Positions 22,597 to 32,076 of a DNA stretch of 64,000 nt are shown here, one piece after another (within the stretch, counting starts at the first letter, position 1; each line of letters begins with the position of its first letter). A program made the position numbers and the translations under genes. Source of the stretch: Mobula hypostoma. Its lineage: Eukaryota. Location: NCBI RefSeq assembly GCF_963921235.1, contig NC_086108.1:39744001-39808000 (forward strand), given 5' to 3'. The notes under the pieces are model-generated. The model was not told where the DNA came from, did not search any database, and saw only the letters and a list, made by a program, of their open reading frames with translations.

Positions 22597-24324
22597 TAAT
22601 TGGTATTTGCCCTATAGTTATCTTTTGCACTCTGATTTATATGAATTAGGCCACTGTTCTAAATGGAAAATTGTTGGTTAATTTGAATTCTGATTCACGT
22701 TTATTTACATCAGTAAATGTTTTTGTGGACTTTTCAAATATCAGGTGAAAGCTGGATTAACAGTCTGTCCCATGCACATCATTGGATTGCTGAATCCATT
22801 ACTTACCCCCAAATATAACATGAAGATGTTACAAAAGGTGCACTAAAGTATAAACAAATATCTCATGGTAGGCGGTTTAACTGCTGCAAAGTAGTCATGA
22901 TGTTGCTATTACTGAGGCTGTGATAGGTTTGTGGAGGTTAGTTCAAGAATCGGATAGTTGAAGGGAACCCAATCTACATTTGTTCCTCCAGTACACAGGA
23001 GGCCTTTTATGATCAGTGAATGAGGTATGCTAGATTGGAAGAACTGTGAGTGATTTGCAGCTTCATCTGGAAGGGGGTTGGTGAGAAGAGGGGAGTTGAA
23101 TGTCTACCAGCTTTGGTCAAGGAAATTAACAATGAAGATGAAGTGCTGTATACATGCTGTAATTCTTTTGACTTATTGAGATAAAACTAAGATGTTTTAG
23201 TAATAAAAACTAATAGTGAGAGTTTTATTTTCATTTGTGCAATTAGACTTTGATGCACTAATTGTTTGGAATTATATGTTGTATCTTCAAAATAAGATGA
23301 ATTATCATCCAACTAAAACCTTTGGCAACATGATTGTAGCTAGGGTTTAAGAATGTCTGTTCCAGTACATGACAGATAAAACTGATTTCTTAGTTTCTGA
23401 GTTCTGCCAATTTAATTTTAGTTAGATTTTCAGGTTCAACAAAACATAATCAGCATCACACACAAAATACTGGAGGAATTCAGCCAGTCAGGCAGCATCA
23501 ATGAAGGGGAATAAACATTTGACATTTTGGGCTGAGGCCCTTCATCAGGACTGGAAAGGAAGTAGGCAGAAGCCAGAATAAGAAAGTTGGGGGTGGGGGG
23601 GGGGAGGAATGAATACTAGCTGCCAGCTGATAGATGAAATCAGGTGGGTGGGCGGGGGAAGGGGGGAATGAAGAAAGTAGCTGGGAGGTGATAGGTGGAG
23701 GAAGCAAAGGGCTGAAAAAGAGGGAATCTGATAGGAAATGACTGTGGAAGAAGGGGAAGGAGGCGGGACACCAGAGGGAGGTGATGGGCAGATGTAGAGA
23801 AGAGAAATGGGGTGATGGGAACCAGAATGGGGAATTGGAAAAAAGAGAAGGAAAAGGGAGAAATTATTGGAAGTTAGAGAAATCAATGTTCATGTAATCA
23901 GGTTGGAGGCTACAGAATTTGTAGCCTCATCATGGCAGTAGAGGAAGTCGTTAATCAACATCTCAGTCTGGGAATGGGAAGTCAAATTGAAATGGATGGT
24001 CACCAGGAAATCCCATCTTTTGTGGTGGATGGAGCGAAGGTGCGCGACAAAGTGGTCCCTCAATCCATAGTACGTTGGGTCTCCTCACCAGTGTCGAGCA
24101 GGCCACACTTCGAGTACTGGTTATAGAAGACCACCCCAACTAGACTCACAGGTGAGCTGTTGCCTCACTTGTGTTCCTCCAGCATTTTGTGTGTTTTGCT
24201 CAAGATTTCCAGCATCTGCAGAATCTAAACAACAGGAATTCTGCAGATGCTGGAAATTCAAGCAACATACATCAAAGTTGCTGGTGAACGCAGCAGGCCA
24301 AGCAGCATCTATAGGAAGAGGCGC

Positions 24325-24360
24325 AGTCGACGTTTCAGGCCGAGACCCTTCGTCAGGACT
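24325..24360 (-). ncRNA. Minimal type-I hammerhead ribozyme motif (intact core)
   Basis: Minus strand AGTC-CTGACGA-AGGGTCTCGGCCT-GAAAC-GTC-GACT: stem I AGTC/GACT, core CUGANGA and GAAA, stem II hairpin, palindromic ACGU in place of stem III, GUC cleavage triplet. Confidence 0.85.
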
Positions 24361-24654
24361 AACTGAAGGAAGAGTGAGTAAGGGATTTGAAAGCTGGAGG
24401 GGGAGGGAGAGATGCAAAATGATAGGAGAAGACAGGAGGGGGAGGGATAGAGCCGAGAGCTGGACAGGTGATAGGCAAAAGGGGATACGAGAGGATCATG
24501 GGACAGGAGGCCTAGGGAGAAAGACGGGGGGGGGGGTGACCCAGAGGATGGGCAAGAGGTATATTCAGAGGGACAGAGGGAGAAAAAGGAGAGTGAGAGA
24601 AAGAATGTGTGCATAAAAAGGAGTAACAGCTGGGGTACGAGGGGGAGGTGGGGC

Positions 24655-24948
24655 CTAGCGGAAGTTAGAGAAGTCAATGTTCATGCCATCAGGTTGGAGG
24701 CTACCCAGAAGGAATATAAGGTGTTGTTCCTCCAACCTGAGTGTGGCTTCATCTTTACAGTAGAGGAGGCCGTGGATAGACATGTCAGAATGGGAATGGG
24801 ATGTGGAATTAAAATGTGTGGCCACTGGGAGATCCTGCTTTCTCTGGCGGACAGAGCGTAGATGTTCAGCAAAGCGGTCTCCCAGTCTGCGTCGGGTCTC
24901 ACCAATATATAAAAGGCCACATCGGGAGCACCGGACGCAGTATATCAC
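24655..24948 (-). CDS. PLE GIY-YIG endonuclease domain (C-terminal fragment of a 5'-truncated element ORF)
   Basis: VIYCVRCSRCGLLYIGETRRRLGDRFAEH...PVATHFN...H...EEQHLIFLLGSLQPDGMN: GIY/YIG motifs with CxxC, catalytic Arg/Glu/Asn positions and His residues. Not an independent gene. Confidence 0.85.
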   Translation of the reverse strand: MIYCVRCSRCGLLYIGETRRRLGDRFAEHLRSVRQRKQDLPVATHFNSTSHSHSDMSIHGLLYCKDEATLRLEEQHLIFLLGSLQPDGMNIDFSNFR

Positions 24949-27164
24949 CCCAGTCGACTCACAGGTGAAGTGAATCTCCTGTGTTTAAAAATTGGCTTCA
25001 TTTTGTAGCCACAAACATAATTGCTCTGATTTTGAATTTATTTCTTCCTGGATACAAAAACTTGTTTAGAATTATTGCTGTACTATTTTAGGGAGATATG
25101 CACCACGTCTGAGCTTGTACCCTTATTTCTGTTGGTGACAGCTGCACTTAGAAACCAGCATGCAATGAAATACATGTTACCAATATTGACTAAATTTTTA
25201 ATGTCTAGCACAAGAAAAATTTAAGTTATTGTTTAATTAACAAGACTGATCATATGTGACTCCACAACAACTTTAACAAGAACTTTTAAAAGTAATTTGA
25301 TAGTTATATTGACATCTTTTAACTAAATGGATCATGCGAAAGTTTAAGCAACAGCTAAGCAAATTCTGTTGCGTATCTTAAAAGTGTCCTTGGTTTGCAT
25401 ATGAGAATTTGTACTGCTTGAACTGGGTATGTGTGATGAGACTGGCCCTTTAAAGGGCAGCTCCCACTAAGGATTTGTATTTGGCATGAGAAAAATTCCT
25501 AAACTAGACAGCTGAATATATTCCTCAAAGATGACAGCAGGATCAGGGGTCGGTTGTCATTTTGAATCATTTGGAAAGTTTGATTGTATTACATCTAAGT
25601 CTAAAATTCTTTGAATATTGCCATCATTTGTTAAGTTGTCATGTTACTTTTATTCCATAGGCATACACAATGTTAATTAAGTATTTAAATTTATTAAAAT
25701 CTGTTTTGTGCCCAGAGAACAAGTTTTGTATTTGAATCTATCATGAACCTTCTACTTGTGGAGACGAAATGTAATTTTGTTTGTTAGACTTGTGAAGAGA
25801 AAGTGCAAGGCAATAATTCTTATTTCGTGCTTGAAATGACTTGCAGTATCAACATGTTTGAAAGCTTCAATGTAATGAACAGTTGGTCAGGCATTTTGGA
25901 GCAGTCAGAAGCTTAGTGTTAGCTTGAATATTGAGACATTGTATGATATTTTGGCATTCCAAAGGAAAACAAATATAAAATGTTGAATTGTGTGCTATTT
26001 TCAATTTGCTGCTTTTTTTGATCTGAAGCATATTTATCAAATAAACATTAGCATTATGTTCATTTTAATAACCTTAGAAGAGCAGACAATCATACTAAGT
26101 GTTTTCTTGTTGCCTACTGTGAGTTATCAGCAAACATAAGCTGTAATTAGCATTCAGGCAGTATGTTTTCTGAGAACAATAATTTTGTTCAGTTTGTTTC
26201 ACGGCACCTTTGTGGGCGTGTGCCGTAATGGACTGTGGATGGAACACATTGTAACTTGATCTGTTTCAATTTAATCCCGAGAGCTAACAGATGAAGTATC
26301 AAGATGTGACTCAGGTCATTTGTCAGAAGTGCAGTGTTCAGTATTGTGGATAGAAGACTTGTGCCTATGTATGTTTCCAAGAGGATTCTATACAATGTTT
26401 CTGTGGAGCTTTTTCTTTTAATGTTGTCTAAGTATGAATCTCATAGTTGTGTTGGAATTGGAGCATTTGTGAATGGTTTGTAAACCAAACAATGAAACTG
26501 GAAAATGCAGTGAGGTCTAGGAGGTACAGAAGTAAATGTAATTACTACTAACAGTGTTAATACTGGCAATAGCAGGGAAATTGTTGATTTGAATATGTTG
26601 GATGGATCAGATAACAGTAACTGGTAACAGTAAATTAATTAGTTCAATGTGAAACCATATGTTTCATTTCCATGTGCAAAGAATATTAATGCAAGTTATT
26701 GCAGGTATTCTAATTTAATCATTTTGTTGCAAATGGTGTTTATTATAAGCAACTTAGCTTCAGTACCTTCTTTATTGCAATACTGACTTTTTTATTGTCT
26801 AAAGCAGTTAAGGACTTCCTCCTCTATGATAATGTAAATGTGAAACTGCCTGTGACTAGAGCAGAGGAATTAATGTTCAGATGCTAGGTCTAAAGGCTGA
26901 TTATTGAAATGTAATGTGGCTCAGAGTATTTGCCATCAGTGATTAAGGGAGCTAGATTGATTCCTTCAGAAGTAGCCTTTTTACAAAGTAGATTTGTTTT
27001 TTTTGTAAAACGTTTACATAAAACAATTAAACATATATTTCGTTTTTAGAGTAAAGCTAATGGTTAGATTTCTGTTGATTTGCACAACATTCTTGTGCGA
27101 GAAATTTTGCTGTCTGCAGTTTGAGATAAAGCCTCATTAACTTGGTAATATGACAGAAAGTAAC

Positions 27165-27377
27165 ACACATCAAAATTGCTGGTGAATGCAGCAGGCCAGG
27201 CAGCATCTCTAGGAAGAGGTACGGTCGACATTTCTGGTCAAGACCCTTCGTCCTGATGAAGTGTCTCAGCCCGAAATGTCGACTGTACCCCTTCCTAGAG
27301 ATGCTGCCTGGCCTGCTGCGTTCACCAGCAACTTTGATGTGAGTTGCTTGAATTTCCAGCATGTGCAGATTTCCTCG
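27165..27377. mobile_element. Fold-back (head-to-head) PLE terminal mini-element with hammerhead motif
   Basis: 14-bp TSD TGACAGAAAGTAAC (27151-64, 27378-91); about 88-bp inverted arms joined at GTC 27250-52; plus-strand GTC-CTGATGA...CGAAAT-GTC-GAC at 27250-27283. Confidence 0.92.
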
Positions 27378-27446
27378 TGACAGAAAGTAACGTGTAGTGA
27401 ATTTTTCTGGAAAGGTTATGCTGAATAGAGTAAATTCAATTCAATA

Positions 27447-27776
27447 CAGTTGGCCCTCTGTATCCGCAGATTCAACCAACCGCGGATCGAAAATATCAAC
27501 CATGGATCGCGATTATTGCGTCTGTACTGAACATGTACAGACTTTTTTTTCCTTGTCATTATTCCCTAAACAATACAGTATAACATCTATTTACATAGCA
27601 TTTACATTGTATTAGGTATTATAAGTAATCTAGAGATGATTTAAAGTATACGGGAGGATGTGTGTAGGTTATATGCAAATACTACGCCATTTTAATAAGG
27701 GACTTGAACATCCGCGGATTTTGGTATCCGCGGGGAGTCCTGGAACCAGTCCACCGCGGATACCGAGGGACGACTG
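27447..27776 (+). mobile_element. Tigger-family MITE, Tigger3a/MER7A (Golem)-like, 330 bp
   Basis: TA flanks (27445-46, 27777-78); TIRs CAGTTGGCCCTCTGTATCCGC / GCGGATACCGAGGGACGACTG. Internal sequence matches my recollection of the MER7A consensus. Second copy at 32077-32948. Confidence 0.88.
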
Positions 27777-30328
27777 TAATTACAAATAAGAACTCATTTC
27801 CAATTGAGATAACTCTTCATCATTCTTTCTTCAAAATCAATTGCAATAATTCTGAATGATAAAGAGCTATCTCAATTGGAAATGTGTTTGTAAGGATTAT
27901 TGTTTTATTGTCTGAATCCAGATGCCATGTGAATTTCAGCAGATCATAATCTTAACAGAGACATGAGAAATGGTTCCTTAGATTTTTAGTTCACCCCTTG
28001 ACAAATTGAGTTTTTCTTACTTACCATTTCTAGGACTGTTAAGTAGCTAGGTGCTGAGATTTTACAATATGTCTCTTTCACTGATATTTTCGGTCGTGAA
28101 GCTTATTTGGCAAAGCTGGTTGATCATATAGCTACCTTTTTATTTATTGTCAAGGTATTAAATAAGTTAATGAATTGTGGATATAGAATAGATAAAAGTC
28201 ATCCATGATAGATAGTGAAGCTGTAAACAAAACAATATATTATGCTTAATACACCAAGGATATCTTTTGGGATAAAAAGCATTTGAGCACTAGAAAAGTT
28301 ATGCTTTAGACTTGTAAAATGAGTGACAGTATTGATTTATATATTCCTTTGGCATTGATTGCTGGTGTTTGTTCAGCTTCCTTCTGTTTGAATTTTGGAT
28401 TTAAAGATCAATAATAATATTGTTTCACTTTTGGAAATACTAAAATTTAACCTTTGCAGTGTTTGGAAAGGTGAATTGTGGATAACATTCAGACCTGAAT
28501 ATCTAATCGCTGTGGGGGATTTCTTGCTCTTGTGAGGTAATGTCATTCCTGACATGGGAGGTCACTTTGCTTGGCCCGTGAGACTTGAGACTGTGAAAAC
28601 AATCTCAGTTTCTGGGCCCTCCACCTTGGTGGTTGTAAGAGTTGATTCTGAGACTTCAGGAAGTGGTTCTGACAGCTCTGGACACCTTTCCTCTCCATTT
28701 CTTGGCTCTTCACTTTCCTTTTTCTTCTAGTTTGTGCACCTTGATCCTGGGAAGGTCCATTTAGTTCAAGGGAGTATTCTCTTATTAATCCTTCTATTTC
28801 TCCCTTTATAATCTGATACCCTCTCGGTTTCCTCATCCACAACATCATCTGATAGATCCTCTGTTTTCATATCTTTATTGACCCCTTTCTTTTCGGTCTT
28901 CCATTCACTTTGCAGGCTTTTGTATCAACCTTTACAAGCAGCTTTTATTCTCCCACTTGAAGTTCATACAATAACATTAATGTACACAGATTAGATTCTG
29001 GTTCTTTATACGCAGAAAAGCCATATGCTTGCGACTTTCCTGTAGCTCCTTGAACTCTCTTCCAATTTAAAACCAAGCCATGGTTCACAAGTAACTGCCT
29101 GGTTAGCATATCAGAAGCTTTTTCAGATATGTTGCCTACAAAAACTGTTGGAGTCGGACCAGTATTTTCTTCACTTACTCACTTCCTCTGAGCAGCATGG
29201 TCTTTCCTTGGTCCAATATGCTTTCCAATCTGAGGCACAGAGACTGGGATCAACACCTGCTTGCTCTCTGTTACGCAATGGTTCTTGGTTTTCAGTATGG
29301 AAGTGGTTGTGGCAAAATCCAGTACTTTTCTTAATTTGATTTCAGTTGTCTCAATTTCAGGGGATGTGGCATATAAGTTATGGATGGATCTCCTTTCAAG
29401 TTGTAGTTGTCTGTCACTCACGACCTCAGAACGCCAGCTCTCCTGTATTACCACATGCAAGCCCAATGTGGCTTGTTGGTTGTGGTATTTCACTGTCATG
29501 AATGTCATTCCCACAGGAATGATCTTTTCTCCAGTATAAGTTCTTAGTTGGATATCTGGAGGCTTCAGTTTAGTATCTTTGAAATGCTGTTCAAACTAAT
29601 TTTGTGAAATAATTGAAACAGCTGAGTCAGTGTTGAATTCCATTTTAATTAATTTGCCATTCACTTCTGTTGTAAGCCATTTTGCTTGTCTACTATTAGT
29701 TTTCACATTGTAAAATCTCAAGGCTATTCAGTCCTGTGTCACTCATCATTATCAGATTTTTCATTAATAGCATGCAGATTAGTGCTCTTTTTGAAACTAC
29801 AACTTGACTTTTATCTTTTTCTCTTCCATGTGCAGTCCGTTTACTTTTGTCTACCCAACATGCTCTTTTGCATGTGTCTTAATTTGTTGCATTTTCGGCA
29901 AGTTTCACCTTTAAACCTGCATTGGTCTAGTGTTTGTGACCCTCTGCCACAATGGTAACACAATTTGTTCGGCCAGGCCAGTTTCTTTTTAGAGATTGCA
30001 ATTTTGTTCATACTCACTTTCATTCTTGACTGGAACTCAATGGTATCTCCCACCACTGTTTCTATTGGTGCAGCTATTGTAGCTGCTCCTTTAAAAGTAC
30101 GTTGTGCTTCAGTTAGGAGCTGTTTTTGTATACTTTTTTTTGTATACTTTTTTTTTGTAAGATTCCACAAGCTAAACAATTTCTCAATGCATAATTAAGC
30201 CCATTACCGAACTGACGATGCTCAGACCTCTTCAATTCAGTCAGGTATGCTGAAAAGGACTTCCCTTCCTTTCGATTCCGTGTATGAAACCTAAAGCATT
30301 CTGCAATCAACAATGGTTTCAGTTCTAA

Positions 30329-31819
30329 ATGTTCCTGCAATACTTCCACAATATCAGCAGAACTTATAACTATATCCCTTCCCCACATGAAACCACCATG
30401 GTGGGCTTCACAGCTGAACAGTTGAGAAGACAGCTGAAACGTCTCAACCCAAGCAAGGCTGCAGGACCGGATGGTGTCAGTACCAGGGTACTCAAAGCCT
30501 GTGCCCCTCAGCTATGTGGAGTACTTCGCCATGTATTCAACCTGAGCCTGAGGCTCCGGAGGGTTCCTGTGCTGTGGAAGACGTTCTGCCTTGTCCCTGT
30601 GCCGAAGACGCCGCGCCCCAGCAGCCTCAATGACTACAGACCGGTGGCATTGACCTCCCACATCATGAAGACCGTGGAGAGACTTGTTCTGGAGCTGCTC
30701 GGGCCTGTGGTCAGGCCACACTTAGATCCCCTCCAGTTCACCTACCAGCCCCGACTAGGAGTTGAGGATGCCATCGTCTACCTGCTGAACCATGTCTACG
30801 TCCACTTGGACAAGCCAGCGAGCACTGTGAGGGTCATGATTTTTGACTTCTCCAGTGTGTTCAACACCATCCGCCCTGCTGTGCTGGGGGAGAAGCTGAC
30901 AGCGATGCAGGTGGATGCTTCCCTGTTGTCACGGATTCTTGATTACCTGACTGGCAGACCACGGTATGTGTGCTTGCAACACTGTGTGTCCGACAGAGTG
31001 ATCAGCAGCACTAGGGCTCCACAGGGGACTGTCTTGTCTCCCTTTCTCTTCACCATTTACACCTCGGACTTCAACTACTGCACAGAGTCTTGTCATCTTC
31101 AGAAGTTTTCTGATGACTCTGCCATAGTTGGATGCATCAGCAAGGGAGATGAGGCTGAGTACAGGGCTACGGTAGGAAGCTTTGTCACATGGTGTGAGCA
31201 AAATTATCTGCAGCTTAATGTGAAAAAGACTAAGGAGCTGGTGGTAGACCCGAGGAGAGCTAAGGTACTCGTGACCCCTGTTTCCATCCAGGGGGTCATT
31301 GTGGACATGGTGGAGGTTTTCAAATACCTGGGGATACGAATTGACAATAAACTGGACTGGTCAAAGAACACTGAAGCTGTCGACAAGAAGGGTCCGAGCC
31401 GTCTCTATTTCCTGAGGAGACTGAGGTCCTTTAACATCTGCTGGACAATGCTGAGGATGTTCTACGAGTCTGTGGTGGCCAGTGCTATCATGTTTGCTGT
31501 TGTGTGCTGGGGCAGCAGGCTGAGGGTGGCAGACACCAACAGAATCAAGAAACTCATTCGTAAGGCCAGTGATGTTGTGGGGATGGAACTGGACTCTCTG
31601 ACGGTGGTGTCTGAAAAGAGGATGCTGTCCAAGTTGCATGCCATCTTGGACAATGTCTCCCATCCACTACATAATGTACTGATTGGGCACAGGAGTACAT
31701 TCAGCCAGAGACTCATTCCACCGAGATGCAGCACAGAGCGTCATAGGAAGTCATTCTTGCCTGTGGCCACCAAACTTTACAACTCCTCCCTTGGAGGGTC
31801 AGCCACCCTGAGCCAATAG
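30329..31819 (+). CDS. Open 496-aa reverse transcriptase ORF of Rex1/Babar copy B (no endonuclease domain; ATG from flank)
   Basis: Uninterrupted frame with KAAGPDGV, NDYRPVALTSHIMK, DFSSVFNTI, PQGTVLSPFLF, KFSDDSAI, FKYLGI and C-terminal domain. The first ~12 codons lie in antisense Gypsy sequence. Expression not shown. Confidence 0.75.
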   Translation: MFLQYFHNISRTYNYIPSPHETTMVGFTAEQLRRQLKRLNPSKAAGPDGVSTRVLKACAPQLCGVLRHVFNLSLRLRRVPVLWKTFCLVPVPKTPRPSSLNDYRPVALTSHIMKTVERLVLELLGPVVRPHLDPLQFTYQPRLGVEDAIVYLLNHVYVHLDKPASTVRVMIFDFSSVFNTIRPAVLGEKLTAMQVDASLLSRILDYLTGRPRYVCLQHCVSDRVISSTRAPQGTVLSPFLFTIYTSDFNYCTESCHLQKFSDDSAIVGCISKGDEAEYRATVGSFVTWCEQNYLQLNVKKTKELVVDPRRAKVLVTPVSIQGVIVDMVEVFKYLGIRIDNKLDWSKNTEAVDKKGPSRLYFLRRLRSFNICWTMLRMFYESVVASAIMFAVVCWGSRLRVADTNRIKKLIRKASDVVGMELDSLTVVSEKRMLSKLHAILDNVSHPLHNVLIGHRSTFSQRLIPPRCSTERHRKSFLPVATKLYNSSLGGSATLSQ

Positions 31820-31974
31820 GCTGGTCCTGGACTTATTTCCTGGCATAATTTACATACTACTATTTAACTATTTATGGTTTTATTACTACTTATTATTTAT
31901 GGTGCAACTGTGACAAAAACCAATTTCCCCCGGGATCAATAAAATATGACTATGACTACTATGACTATGACTAT
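30365..31974 (+). mobile_element. Rex1/Babar LINE, copy B (5'-truncated, young)
   Basis: Near-identical to 1-1710; continuous RT frame; AATAAA followed by (ATGACT)n tail at 31945-31974. Gypsy gag is colinear across it. Confidence 0.95.
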
Positions 31975-32076
31975 TTCTGCTGGTTTGGTTGGAGCAGTAA
32001 ATCTTCAAATCAAACCCAATGCACTCAGCAAAATTGATATTTCTTTCTCTTGGGCTATTCCACTTGCTTCAAAATA

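Larger units (their letters stand above)
24227..24971 (-). mobile_element. Young 5'-truncated Penelope-like element (Neptune type)
   Basis: 6-bp TSD GAATCT (24221-26, 24972-77); open GIY-YIG frame; intact hammerhead motif; CpGs preserved; 146 bp identical to 44318-44463. Confidence 0.93.
23456..24986 (-). mobile_element. Older Penelope-like element (GIY-YIG remnant + terminal repeat) with inverted tail, interrupted by a younger PLE
   Basis: 23456-24167 minus strand: decayed GIY-YIG region and degenerate hammerhead (23516-23553). Plus-strand inverted tail at 24168-24226 resumes at 24978-24986 (GAATCT|CCTGTGTTT). Confidence 0.82.

Noticed and set aside
25445..25458. Perfect 14-bp palindrome GCCCTTTAAAGGGC
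   Set aside because: Short and isolated; a few such palindromes are expected by chance in 64 kb.
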